Source: Fidelibacterota bacterium (GTDB lineage Bacteria; Fidelibacterota; Marinisomatia; Marinisomatales; UBA2128). From it: a stretch of DNA of 43,115 bases. How positions within the stretch are numbered: the first letter of the stretch is position 1; each line of letters opens with the position of its first letter. Made by a program: the position numbers and the translations under genes. Under the pieces are notes generated by a model. It worked only from the letters and a program-made list of their open reading frames with translations. It ran no database searches and had not been told where the DNA came from. The stretch is taken from NCBI GenBank assembly GCA_046861645.1, contig JBHHUM010000012.1, positions 1 through 43,115 of the forward strand. Reading direction: 5' to 3'. Positions 18,783 to 28,459 of the stretch are shown here, in pieces.

Positions 18783-19749
18783 AGCTAATGCCTTCTGGAT
18801 TAAGGAGATACTACGGGGAGAAATCGTCGAGGAGATACTTCCTCCAGTTAAAAACGGGTGGTGGGAAATAGAAAGTTTATTCAGTGCTGTCAGTACGGGA
18901 ACGGAGAGACTAGTATTTACTGGACGTGTACCTGAAGATTTGTACGAGACGATGAGATGTTCTTATATGGGAGGCAACTTCCCAGTTCCCGTGAAGTACG
19001 GCTACTCTTTAGTAGGTCGGATAGTTGGAAATCCGATGGATGTAATGGGTCGGGTGGTACATCTGCTTCATCCCCATCAGGATCGTGTGGTAGTTCGTAG
19101 TGAGGATGTTTTCATGATTCCCCATGACGTTCCCCCAGCAAGGGCTACTCTCGCCAGTAATCTGGAAACGGCTGTGAATGCTGTCTGGGATGCGCAAATA
19201 TCTATAGGGGAGCAAGCTTTAGTGGTCGGTTTTGGTGCTGTAGGGTCCCTTTTGACCAGGGTCTTGAGTTCAATCCCCGGAGTAAAAGTTGTTGTTGTGG
19301 ATAATGATAGCCACAAAGTGAATTTTGCCCAGAAGATGGGGTTTACCGCTTATGTGAAACTGGAGAGCCCTGGAGACTTCGATCTTTCTTTTCACACCAG
19401 CGGTAGTGAAGAGGGTTTGCAAACAGCCATTGATGCTGTAGGTATAGAAGGCAGGGTAATTGAACTGAGCTGGTTTGGAAACCAAACGGTTTCGCTGGAA
19501 CTGGGTGGAACATTTCATAGTCATCGTAAGAAAATTATCAGTTCACAAGTCTCTCTACTTCCCTCGCGAATGAAATCTCGCTGGGACTTGGTCAGGAGGA
19601 AAAAACTCGTCTTCACCCTCTTAAAGGATAGACGTTTTGATGAGCATATTACAGGTACCATATCTTTTACTGGATTACCCCGGTTTTTTGATAAACTTGG
19701 TGCCAGGCGGGTCGAAGGACTTTCATTTCTTGTGGACTACCAACAGTGA
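18775..19749 (+). CDS. MDR-family (Zn-type alcohol dehydrogenase-like) oxidoreductase
   Basis: SAVSTGTE, PVKYGYSLVG, LHPHQ, ETAVN, VGFGAVG, ELSWFG, ISSQV. Confidence 0.85.
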   Translation: MRKANAFWIKEILRGEIVEEILPPVKNGWWEIESLFSAVSTGTERLVFTGRVPEDLYETMRCSYMGGNFPVPVKYGYSLVGRIVGNPMDVMGRVVHLLHPHQDRVVVRSEDVFMIPHDVPPARATLASNLETAVNAVWDAQISIGEQALVVGFGAVGSLLTRVLSSIPGVKVVVVDNDSHKVNFAQKMGFTAYVKLESPGDFDLSFHTSGSEEGLQTAIDAVGIEGRVIELSWFGNQTVSLELGGTFHSHRKKIISSQVSLLPSRMKSRWDLVRRKKLVFTLLKDRRFDEHITGTISFTGLPRFFDKLGARRVEGLSFLVDYQQ

Positions 19750-19758
19750 AAGGGATCG

Positions 19759-20136
19759 ATGTATAGTATAACAGTCCGGGACCATATTCTTATTGCCCAT
19801 TCACTTGTTGGTGATGTTTTCGGACCTGCCCAGAGTCTTCATGGCGCAACCTACATAGTGGATGTTGAATTTATTACAGATCGTCTGGATGAGAATAACG
19901 TGGTTATTGATATAGGTCGCGCTGCTAAAACCCTCAAGGTGATTTGCAATAAATTAAACTTTAAGAATCTGGATGAGATGGAGCAATTCAAGGGAAAAGT
20001 GACCACAACCGAGTTCCTTGCTGCTTATATCCATGGAGAGATACGGCACAGAATTAAGGATTATTTCCATGGGCAGCTCAAGATTACACTCAGCGAATCT
20101 CACGTGGCCAAGGCAAGTTATCAGGGACAAGTTTGA
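19759..20136 (+). CDS. 6-pyruvoyl-tetrahydropterin synthase/QueD-fold protein, non-canonical (PTPS-IV-like)
   Basis: AHSL..VFGPAQSLHGATY and TTEFLA; lacks the CxxxHGH catalytic motif. Confidence 0.85.
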   Translation: MYSITVRDHILIAHSLVGDVFGPAQSLHGATYIVDVEFITDRLDENNVVIDIGRAAKTLKVICNKLNFKNLDEMEQFKGKVTTTEFLAAYIHGEIRHRIKDYFHGQLKITLSESHVAKASYQGQV

Positions 20137-21212
20137 AAATAAAATTCATTGTTCCCCACATTCATTTACGTGCAACCGGTGGTAACATTTATAACCGACA
20201 GATCATTACCAGACTAGATCAGTACAATAGGATAGAAATCGTTACCAGTCAGGAAGAATGGTGGCGCTTCCCTGCTCAGGAAGCACACCACTTAGCCCCC
20301 CCCTCGGTCATTCTTATAGACAGTCTTCTGATAGCTGAAACAGAGAGGATCAGGCTACTCCGAGAAAGGTTTAAGCGTCAGGCATTTGTTCTTTTACTAC
20401 ACTATTTGTATTGTTTAAATCCCGCATTTAACCGATCTATCAAGTCCCATAATGAGAGAAAATTGCTGAAACTCTTCGATAGTGTCATTGCTACTTCGGA
20501 GTATGCTCGAAAGCGGCTTATTTCACTGAGTGTTTCAGAAAGTGTTATTTCTGTGGTAGAACCGGGCTTGAACGACATGTTCTTCGGACCCATTGCCCAC
20601 CGACTGTCAACTGACCCCATTAAGATGCTCACCGTGGCTAATCTTTTTCCCGAAAAGGGGTTGTACGAATTCATTACGGTAATGGAGGAACTACAGGATC
20701 TTTCCTGGCAGTGGCATCTTGTAGGTGATGACTCCTTAGATTCTGAGTACAGTACCCGCTTTTATCAGCGGTTGGAAGGATCAACCATTCAAAAACGAGT
20801 AAAGCTTTATGGTCCTGTATCTGAAGAACATATCATTGATATTTACGACTCCTGTGACCTGTTTGTTTTACCATCTTTGTTTGACAACTCACCTTTGGTG
20901 ATCAGGGAAGCTTTGAGTCGGGGTTTACCGGTAATAGCTTTTGATGTAGGGGGTATTAAGGAGATTGTATCGGATAATGGTTCTGGATTTCTTGCTCCAG
21001 CTGAAGATTGGGAGTATTTAACTTTGGTTCTGAGAAAACTCATTACTGATAGTAAACTACGCCGGGATACTGGTAGATCAGCTCGTCTTGCCAGCAAGGC
21101 CTTTTCTTCATGGGGTGAGGTTGCGGATAAGTTGCGACAAGTTCTAGAAGATATGGTAGCCAGATCATCCTGCAATGAAAAATCTGAGGTGACGATGTCA
21201 TCACCATTATGA
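20133..21212 (+). CDS. Glycosyltransferase family 4 (GT-B)
   Basis: TGGNIYN, VANLFPEKG, DLFVLPS...EALSRGLPVI, GGIKE. Confidence 0.9.
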   Translation: MKIKFIVPHIHLRATGGNIYNRQIITRLDQYNRIEIVTSQEEWWRFPAQEAHHLAPPSVILIDSLLIAETERIRLLRERFKRQAFVLLLHYLYCLNPAFNRSIKSHNERKLLKLFDSVIATSEYARKRLISLSVSESVISVVEPGLNDMFFGPIAHRLSTDPIKMLTVANLFPEKGLYEFITVMEELQDLSWQWHLVGDDSLDSEYSTRFYQRLEGSTIQKRVKLYGPVSEEHIIDIYDSCDLFVLPSLFDNSPLVIREALSRGLPVIAFDVGGIKEIVSDNGSGFLAPAEDWEYLTLVLRKLITDSKLRRDTGRSARLASKAFSSWGEVADKLRQVLEDMVARSSCNEKSEVTMSSPL

Positions 21213-21213
21213 T

Positions 21214-22821
21214 ATGCCATCCCAGGAGGTTATCAGAGCATTTTTTAATAGAACCTATGCTCGGGATGGAGCGGAAAGCATGCGGGCGTTTGAAGCTTAC
21301 CCCGTATTTTTAGATTATCTTGGAGTAGAGAGGAATAAAAGCCTTTTGGATGTGGGTTGTGGTACAGGGTTTTTACTGAAGGCCGCTTGTGCCCGAGGTG
21401 TTCATGCGTATGGTATTGATCTCTCAGAAGAAGCTGTGAAACTGTCGTCTCTTGTTGCTCCTGAAGCGTCGGTTATTCATGGTGATGCTGAGCGGCTGAA
21501 TTTTGAGACGGGAAGTTTAGATTATATCACCTGCCTGGGGACCCTGGAACATTTCCTTAATATACAACAAGGTCTCAGTGAGATTCACCGGGTAGGTCGG
21601 GAAAATGCCCGTTTCTGTTTTCTGGTGCCGAATTCAGATTCTCCTCTGTGGAAGCTCTCCATGATGACTGGTCTTGTCCCTGATGAGGCCAATGAAAATG
21701 CGTTTTCACTGGGTGAATGGACACAACTCTTTACTACCAACGGATTTGAGATTGAACAGTTGCGCAGAGACAGATGGTTTTCAAGATGGTTGTTGCTGAA
21801 GTTGGGGGTGCCCGGAAAGCACTCCCTGAATAAGTCTTGGGTAAAATACCTCCCTTCCCTTTTACCGTTGCGCTGGACACACCAGTTTGTATTCCTTTTG
21901 AGGAAAAAGCCTAAAGTTATTAGTAAGGGGTATCCGCATGCGGTGTCGTCAAGCAGGATAAATGGAGAGAGTCTTCTTGCCACTTTTTATGACCATCTCT
22001 CAAAATTTATTCTTTTGCGTAATAGAATAAAATACGGTAGTTCTTACTCCAAAGGGGTCATGCATAGGAAATTATTAAGGTTGCCAAAACAATTTGTGGA
22101 AAAGGGTAAAGATCGGTCTGAGTTAGATATTAATGATTACATATTGGAGGTAGCAAATCTTGCCCGGGATTCTAAAGTGTTGGATGCAGGTTGCGGATTC
22201 GGCGGTACTATTTTCCAGTTGTACGAAAGATTATCGGGTCGTTGGGATGGTGTCACCATTAGTTCCGTCCAATGGCGGGTTGCACAGGAGGAAGCCCACC
22301 GGCGCAATATGCAGAACAGCTGCTATTTTTACCTGCAGGATTATGACCACCCGCCTGATAATAATTATGATGCTGTGCTGGCGATAGAGTCTCTCATTTA
22401 CAGTTCTGACATCGCGAAAACCATCTCTTCCTGGTCGCAAGCCATGAAACCAGGGGGAAAGTTAATCGTGGTGGATGATTTTGTTATTGAGGTTGAGAAT
22501 GAAAGAAACAATTTAGAGTTGAAGAAACTCAGACAATATTGGGAACTCAACAATTCTCTTACAGACGAAGACTTCCGAATAACGCTAGATAAAGCCTCTC
22601 TAAAATTGGTTTTTGAAGAAGATCTTACCAGTTGTGTGAAACATCAGAGTCGTATAAAAAACAGTTTACTGGCAGCGATATATCGTTCACTATTACTTCT
22701 GATACCTCTTTCGATTGCACGCTCAGTTCTATCGGCTTACCGGGGAGCATTAATTGTACAGCGTCTTTATGCTCGAGGTGGGATGCAGTACAAGATATAT
22801 GTAGCTGAGAAAAAGTTATAA
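21214..22821 (+). CDS. Tandem two-domain class I SAM-dependent methyltransferase
   Basis: Two SAM-binding motifs: LLDVGCGTG and VLDAGCGFGG, the second followed by KPGG. Confidence 0.85.
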   Translation: MPSQEVIRAFFNRTYARDGAESMRAFEAYPVFLDYLGVERNKSLLDVGCGTGFLLKAACARGVHAYGIDLSEEAVKLSSLVAPEASVIHGDAERLNFETGSLDYITCLGTLEHFLNIQQGLSEIHRVGRENARFCFLVPNSDSPLWKLSMMTGLVPDEANENAFSLGEWTQLFTTNGFEIEQLRRDRWFSRWLLLKLGVPGKHSLNKSWVKYLPSLLPLRWTHQFVFLLRKKPKVISKGYPHAVSSSRINGESLLATFYDHLSKFILLRNRIKYGSSYSKGVMHRKLLRLPKQFVEKGKDRSELDINDYILEVANLARDSKVLDAGCGFGGTIFQLYERLSGRWDGVTISSVQWRVAQEEAHRRNMQNSCYFYLQDYDHPPDNNYDAVLAIESLIYSSDIAKTISSWSQAMKPGGKLIVVDDFVIEVENERNNLELKKLRQYWELNNSLTDEDFRITLDKASLKLVFEEDLTSCVKHQSRIKNSLLAAIYRSLLLLIPLSIARSVLSAYRGALIVQRLYARGGMQYKIYVAEKKL

Positions 22822-22829
22822 AAGGATAT

Positions 22830-23582
22830 TTAGATTTTCTCGGCTCTGACCGCAAGTCCCCCACGGAAATCAAAGGCGTTTAGGCGGCGACCAATTCTAT
22901 CCAGAAACTTGAGAATTATACTCCAGACAACCATAATATCTCCATGAGGGATAAAGGTCCATGGAGTGATGTTGATATTCATAAAACCGGCTTCAGAAAG
23001 AAGTAACTTAATCTCTGTTTGTGTGAGGAATTTATCAGTGCTCAGGTGTTTGGTGTCGAGTCCTATTTTCGGCGCTAAAAAACGGTACCAGATATAGTTT
23101 CCGTTGAGAGTCAGAATCATCCAGCGACCTCTAGACTTGAGTTTTCTGTAAGTGCTTTTAACAAGAGATTCCTTGTCGAGGACATGTTCAAGTGTACCGA
23201 CTGTCAGGGCAACATCCACGGATTCATCTTGAATTCTGGAAAGTGTCTCCCCGTTGTCAATTATAAACGAAAGTCTTTCGTGTTCTAATTGGCCTTTGAC
23301 TCTTCGCTTTGCTTCTTGAATCATTCCTGAGGATAAATCCACACCGATCCCATGTTTAATTAGAGGGGCCAGAGCTCGCAAGTGCTCCCCAGGACCACAA
23401 CCGATATCAAGGACCACGTCGGTTTTCTGCAATCTTGCCCCTCTTTTAATAAGGCTGATCCTGTAATCAAGAAGTTGTTTTGCGTTTCCATGTTGCTCCT
23501 GGTAATGGTTAGAGCAAGCGTCAAAATGAGCCTTGATATCCCTAAGATTATGTATTTGTATAGTATGTAGTGTTCTTGACAT
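22830..23582 (-). CDS. Class I SAM-dependent methyltransferase
   Basis: VLDIGCGPG, GVDLS, LEHV. Confidence 0.9.
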   Translation of the reverse strand: MSRTLHTIQIHNLRDIKAHFDACSNHYQEQHGNAKQLLDYRISLIKRGARLQKTDVVLDIGCGPGEHLRALAPLIKHGIGVDLSSGMIQEAKRRVKGQLEHERLSFIIDNGETLSRIQDESVDVALTVGTLEHVLDKESLVKSTYRKLKSRGRWMILTLNGNYIWYRFLAPKIGLDTKHLSTDKFLTQTEIKLLLSEAGFMNINITPWTFIPHGDIMVVWSIILKFLDRIGRRLNAFDFRGGLAVRAEKI

Positions 23583-23590
23583 CAGTAAAA

Positions 23591-25654
23591 TTACAGGGCA
23601 CTCCTTGATGTGGAGAGGGCAATACCGTTAGGGTAATACTCGGGGAGTGCGCTTTCCGGTATGGAACTGTATCTTTTTGTTAAAATGCGCACCAATAGGG
23701 AATAAAATCCCTCATGTCGGATTGTATTTGTTTCGTTGGGATCCTTAAAGAGACCAGGGATGAAACCGTATTCATGAAAAAGAGAAACTAGAGTACTATC
23801 CCGACTAAGTATATGTATTGGCGTTTGAAACCCGTGTGATTTGTCGGTGATAATAGACGGCTGGTGATCCCCAACAATAACCACGATACTATTATCTGTG
23901 ATCTTATTTGTGATGTAATCATTAATTACTTGAAACTGATAATTAATATGCTGCAGGTAGTTATCGAGATTGACAATTTTCCGTAAACCTATCCGATATT
24001 TAATTCTCTGATTGTATACTCGCTTGGAGCCACTCCAGGTATCTTCTTTCAGATCGTTTAGATTTCTCCAGTTGTCAAGGTAGAGAGGAAGATCCAACCA
24101 GGGAGCATGAGAAGTAACGGTAGTGAAAAGGAAAAACAAAGGGTGAGGGGCATCGACAATAAACCTTTCGTAAGCGGCATTCAGACTGTATTGATCAGGA
24201 ACAATTCCCCATCCAAAACGCATGCCTGTATAGCCTAAATCGTCATAGTAAATCCATCTATGGTAGCCATAAAAGTCTTCGTAAGATGAGAAATCGAAAC
24301 TCCTTCGTTGGCGCTGAACAGTCGGTTGGAGAATTATTGAATGGAAAGACTGCGTCTGTAAGAAATGAACCAGATGTGGGTAATCTGAAAAATGTTTGAG
24401 CAACAGACTGTAGACGGTTTGATTGCTGACTTTTACTCCGCACATTAAAGTCGCCACACTTAGCCAGGATTTACCACCACTGACGGGTGCTTCACTGTAG
24501 TTGGATGTCATAGCCCAACCCATTGTCGCAAACTTATCCTGCCAACGCAACAATTCTTGAGTGTACTGATCCTTTAATTGGGGATGCTCAGCAAGAATCT
24601 TGCCGTAGGCTTCGATCACGAAAACGAAGATATCCGGAGGATCCTTAAGTTTAATGGAAGTATAATCGTATTCGTGAGGAGATCCGGTTCTTGAAATCTG
24701 GAGAAGACCATACAATTCAACTGATTCTTTGATATTGACAACTGTTCGGGGAGCTATCCACTGAATGGTGGGACGTAAGTCAGTTTTATCAAACCAAAAG
24801 GTGAATGATGCCACTATCATCCAACCTCCCATTCCGGAAAGAAGCATGCTGCGGCGGAGGCGAAAATGGGCTAAATGGTATTCCAATACTGAAAAGGCAT
24901 AGAATAGTAAAGTTAGGAAAATGACCACCCACGCTCCGATTTGCAGAATCGAATTAAGTAATTTCCACGACATGATATCCATAATCAGGTATCCGATGTC
25001 ACCCAGGAGGAGTAAATCATCAAAGATCAGAGAAGTTTGTCCAAAAAGGATAATCGATATGGCTTCGTACAACTGGTAGGAGAGAAGCCCGAGATAAAGA
25101 GCTTTACACCCTCGTCCCACCCATGTGAATGAAGATTTAGGTGCTAATGCCCATATTGAGATAATCAACAAAAAATCACCACTCAATCTGAAAATATCCT
25201 GATTTTCTCTTCTGATAAAGTATAGTATTGTGTCGTACCAACCTCGCAGTCCATCTAAGGGAGGGAAGGGGAAAAAAGTGCTGGTTCTAAAGTGAGAGAG
25301 GTAGGGTGGAAAAAAGAGTAAAAAGTTCAGAAACAGTACTGCTATCCAAAATTGACTGATTTTTTTTCGATTATTACGTATATGCCGAAGGAATCTCATG
25401 GCGGCTTGAAATGTATTTCCCAAAGGGGTTACCTTAAATGATGTTGCTGGCGAAAGCCACTTACCTAATAGTGAAAATGCGATGGTTAAGGCTAAGGGAT
25501 TTTGTAGTTGAGTGGCAGAGATCAGAAAGTTATCGATAGCGAATCTGAATCCACCAAAGAGAAGAACATAAAACCCAATCAAGGCGTAGAAGAAGGCCAG
25601 ATAGTGGCTGACTTTGGCTGCTTTATCGCGGCTTAACGGTGACTGAACATCCAT
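23591..25654 (-). CDS. Membrane protein with LtaS/MdoB-like (sulfatase-fold) extracytoplasmic domain
   Basis: Multiple N-terminal TMs; IEAYG, SGGKSWLS, SHAPW, GDHQP motifs; start moved to ATG 25654 to avoid a long overlap with the upstream gene. Confidence 0.75.
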   Translation of the reverse strand: MDVQSPLSRDKAAKVSHYLAFFYALIGFYVLLFGGFRFAIDNFLISATQLQNPLALTIAFSLLGKWLSPATSFKVTPLGNTFQAAMRFLRHIRNNRKKISQFWIAVLFLNFLLFFPPYLSHFRTSTFFPFPPLDGLRGWYDTILYFIRRENQDIFRLSGDFLLIISIWALAPKSSFTWVGRGCKALYLGLLSYQLYEAISIILFGQTSLIFDDLLLLGDIGYLIMDIMSWKLLNSILQIGAWVVIFLTLLFYAFSVLEYHLAHFRLRRSMLLSGMGGWMIVASFTFWFDKTDLRPTIQWIAPRTVVNIKESVELYGLLQISRTGSPHEYDYTSIKLKDPPDIFVFVIEAYGKILAEHPQLKDQYTQELLRWQDKFATMGWAMTSNYSEAPVSGGKSWLSVATLMCGVKVSNQTVYSLLLKHFSDYPHLVHFLQTQSFHSIILQPTVQRQRRSFDFSSYEDFYGYHRWIYYDDLGYTGMRFGWGIVPDQYSLNAAYERFIVDAPHPLFFLFTTVTSHAPWLDLPLYLDNWRNLNDLKEDTWSGSKRVYNQRIKYRIGLRKIVNLDNYLQHINYQFQVINDYITNKITDNSIVVIVGDHQPSIITDKSHGFQTPIHILSRDSTLVSLFHEYGFIPGLFKDPNETNTIRHEGFYSLLVRILTKRYSSIPESALPEYYPNGIALSTSRSAL

Positions 25655-26331
25655 TGGTAATCTCTGGAGAATGAGGTTAGTAACAGAATGACGGCCGCTA
25701 CGGCAGCCGGTGTTGCCATACCGGGGATGGGGAAGAAAGGAATCAACATCAATCCTATGGCAATAACATAGATGACGCGTGCAGCTCCCCATCTGTATTC
25801 GCTTGGTGTGTGGGGAACCAGATGGTTAACAATAACAGTAATATACCGGAGAAGACCCGCAATTACTATCCAGGTTCCTACTAAATTACTGTGAATGAGT
25901 AACAGGGAAAGGATCAGTGTAAAAAAGGAATCAGTTTCCCTGTCAAAATGATCTCCGAAGAGAGTAGTTTGGTGAAGACGTTTCGCTATCCAACCATCCA
26001 CTCCATCAGTAATCAGTAGGAAGATGCAAAACAAAATCACGATGTACCACAGAAGATAGGTGCCTAATACACCCAATCCTAAGACACCAAGCAGCCGAAA
26101 CAAAGTCACGCTGTTAGGTATCCCGAATTTTCTTCCCCATTCACCCTTAGTGTATCCTGATACAATTAGAATAACGAATGAGATTCCACCGGTTAACACT
26201 ACGAGCCAGTGGAGTTTCATTCCTAATTCCAGGAAAGTAGCCAAGATCAGAGATACAGCATGTGAGATCTGCCACCATCTTGGAGAGATGCCACTTTGGG
26301 AGGATGATGACTTTATTAAATCTGGTACCAC
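25633..26331 (-). CDS. CDP-alcohol phosphatidyltransferase family protein
   Basis: PNSVTLFR, DGVDGWIAKR...FGDHFDRETD signature. Confidence 0.9.
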   Translation of the reverse strand: MVPDLIKSSSSQSGISPRWWQISHAVSLILATFLELGMKLHWLVVLTGGISFVILIVSGYTKGEWGRKFGIPNSVTLFRLLGVLGLGVLGTYLLWYIVILFCIFLLITDGVDGWIAKRLHQTTLFGDHFDRETDSFFTLILSLLLIHSNLVGTWIVIAGLLRYITVIVNHLVPHTPSEYRWGAARVIYVIAIGLMLIPFFPIPGMATPAAVAAVILLLTSFSRDYQWMFSHR

Positions 26332-26581
26332 TTATGGGCTCAAGTCAAATTGTTATGTCGGTTTTGGTGTATAGATTATCCGGCTCAATAAAGTGGTTTG
26401 TCTTTTTGCCACTGAAAATGCTCTGGACATTATATTGAATGGCCATGAATTTATTTATGGTAGGGAAATGTAATCCGTAGGTAGAGTTGTGGTGTTTCTT
26501 CATTTTTGCAATGATTTTTATAGTAACTGAAGGAATTTATATCCTCTGCGGGGGAAAATCAGGGCGTTTGTTCTATAAGAC

Positions 26582-26932
26582 TCAGCAAGTGCAGTGGAGA
26601 ATGGCGTTTGTGTGGGGAGGATCTGCTGCCAGTTTCTTGCAGATTTCCTTTGTGAGATCAATGATGAGGGTGACACCTCTCTTCTTGGCTTCGCTATGGA
26701 AGTCGTCCGTGATCGGCAACCGCCCGTAAGCACCACTACCGATGAGAAGAGTTGTACAGTTCCAGGGGATATTCTCCTCAGGTGTCAGTGGAGTGTGTCC
26801 AAACTCTCGTTGACGCTTGCGACTGGCAGTTTTATCTCTTTGTCCGATAGCTCCATTATCAATGACCACATCGAACCGATATTGTTTATTATCAATCTCC
26901 AGTACACCGAAACTTACTAATTCTGCTTTCAT
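26582..26932 (-). CDS. Mth938-like domain protein
   Basis: FGVLEID, LIGSGAYG, C-terminal HCTC; start at ATG 26932 by promoter geometry. Confidence 0.75.
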   Translation of the reverse strand: MKAELVSFGVLEIDNKQYRFDVVIDNGAIGQRDKTASRKRQREFGHTPLTPEENIPWNCTTLLIGSGAYGRLPITDDFHSEAKKRGVTLIIDLTKEICKKLAADPPHTNAILHCTC

Positions 26933-26938
26933 GGTAAG

Positions 26939-26990
26939 AAAATACATCAGCATCAAAGGTTTGTCAAGACCGAGTCGAGTTTTCTATATT
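26939..26990. promoter_or_regulatory. Divergent overlapping sigma70-like promoters
   Basis: Minus: TTGACA-17-TATTTT-6-ATG(26932). Plus: TTGTCA-18-TATATT-7-ATG(26998). The two -35 boxes overlap at 26961-26967. Confidence 0.65.
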
Positions 26991-26997
26991 TGAGCTT

Positions 26998-27864
26998 ATG
27001 AGTGTAGTACTAATTACAGGATGCTCCAGTGGGTTTGGTATGCTGGCGGCTGCCAGGTTGGCTGCAGAAGGTCATAAGGTCTATGCATCCATGAGAAATC
27101 TCGAAAAGAAAGGTGATCTCCTGGCTGAGACTGCTCGACGGGGTGGAGCAGTAGATCTTTTAGAGATAGATGTTACCGATGATATTACCATTACCCTTGG
27201 GATAAAACAGATAGAGCTGGAGCAAGGACAGTTGGATGTACTTATCAATAACGCAGGCTATGCCATCGGAGGATTTTTCGAAGATTTAACCGAAGAAGAA
27301 ATCCGCAATCAGATGGAAACTAATTTTTTCGGTGTACAAAAAGTGACCCGCGCTGCTTTACCCTTGATGCGTAAAACTGCTGCTCAGAGTGAGGTGGGTA
27401 CCAAGATTTTGAATATTTCCAGTGTTTCGGGACGGTCGGCCTTTCCAGGGTTGGGAGCTTACGGAGCTTCCAAGTTTGCTTTGGAGGGGTTCAGTGAAAG
27501 TCTTTATCATGAGTTATTATCTTTTGGTATTCATGTAGTCCTGATTGAGCCTGGTTCATTCAGAACCAAGATTTTCACAGAAAATGCCCACAAGGCGCAA
27601 CAGTCAGATAAGCCCAGCAGTCCCTATTTTCAATATACTAATGCTTTTCGTGAAAGACTCCGAAGAATGATAAAATCTAAAAGTGGAATGGGTGATCCTG
27701 AAGACGTTGCAGCTTTAATTCAAAAAGTGGTTAACACTACAAGACCCCGACTGCGCTATGTAATTGGAGGTCAGTCACGTTTTAGATTGATACTACGTGC
27801 AATTCTACCGGATCATATTTTTTCGGCTCTGATGCGTAAGCGTATGTTTGGGGAAATAGAATAA
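26998..27864 (+). CDS. Short-chain dehydrogenase/reductase
   Basis: TGCSSGFG, NNAG, YGASK, IEPG. Confidence 0.93.
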   Translation: MSVVLITGCSSGFGMLAAARLAAEGHKVYASMRNLEKKGDLLAETARRGGAVDLLEIDVTDDITITLGIKQIELEQGQLDVLINNAGYAIGGFFEDLTEEEIRNQMETNFFGVQKVTRAALPLMRKTAAQSEVGTKILNISSVSGRSAFPGLGAYGASKFALEGFSESLYHELLSFGIHVVLIEPGSFRTKIFTENAHKAQQSDKPSSPYFQYTNAFRERLRRMIKSKSGMGDPEDVAALIQKVVNTTRPRLRYVIGGQSRFRLILRAILPDHIFSALMRKRMFGEIE

Positions 27865-27878
27865 GAATTATTAGATAG

Positions 27879-28247
27879 TCATCCTTCTTCAGGATTAAAA
27901 CCGATTTGGAGGTCAAATGGTGAAGGAAAATCAAATCCTTCCCGGTTAGGGAAGTGAACTAATGTAGAGATATTTCGCCACTGGACCTGTACGGAAGCAC
28001 AGAATTTCTCCCGAGTAACTTTTTCCGGAGGTAGGGGTTTGCCTTCTGAATCTTCTGATATGACCACTTCAAAACTGGGATGTTCTACCCAGAGTCCGAA
28101 TTCGTCATAACCGATGACCTTTGCATAAAATTTTTCCTGGTCGATACCGGCTGTGTTTAGTCCTTTCGCATCTTCCACAACGATCAATACTACATCGTTG
28201 ATAATATCCTCAATCTTCATCATCCTATTGTTATCTGAGAACGACAT
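27879..28247 (-). CDS. Hypothetical protein
   Basis: 122-aa ORF with AAGGA SD, fills the gap; no recognised motif. Confidence 0.7.
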   Translation of the reverse strand: MSFSDNNRMMKIEDIINDVVLIVVEDAKGLNTAGIDQEKFYAKVIGYDEFGLWVEHPSFEVVISEDSEGKPLPPEKVTREKFCASVQVQWRNISTLVHFPNREGFDFPSPFDLQIGFNPEEG

Positions 28248-28459
28248 TTTATCCTTTCTGGTTATTTAAAAGTAATGATTATTCTTTTGTCATCAAAATT
28301 CCTTATGAAACTTATCTGGGGCTATTGTTTCTGCTAAGACTTTGGATATTATTGCACTTGATTAAAAGGAAAGAAAAGATATTTCTCGTAAATTTATATC
28401 TGAAAACAATAAGTATTCTAAACTTTTAAAGGGCAACTATGCAACAATAGAGAGGGTTT

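Noticed and set aside
19759..20136. queD / 7-deazaguanine DNA modification system
   Set aside because: Catalytic CxxxHGH motif absent; no folE, queE, queC or dpdA nearby.
25655..25792. N-terminal 46 aa of the 733-aa ORF
   Set aside because: Lies entirely within the CDP-alcohol transferase gene and is non-protein-like; ATG 25654 is the more plausible start.
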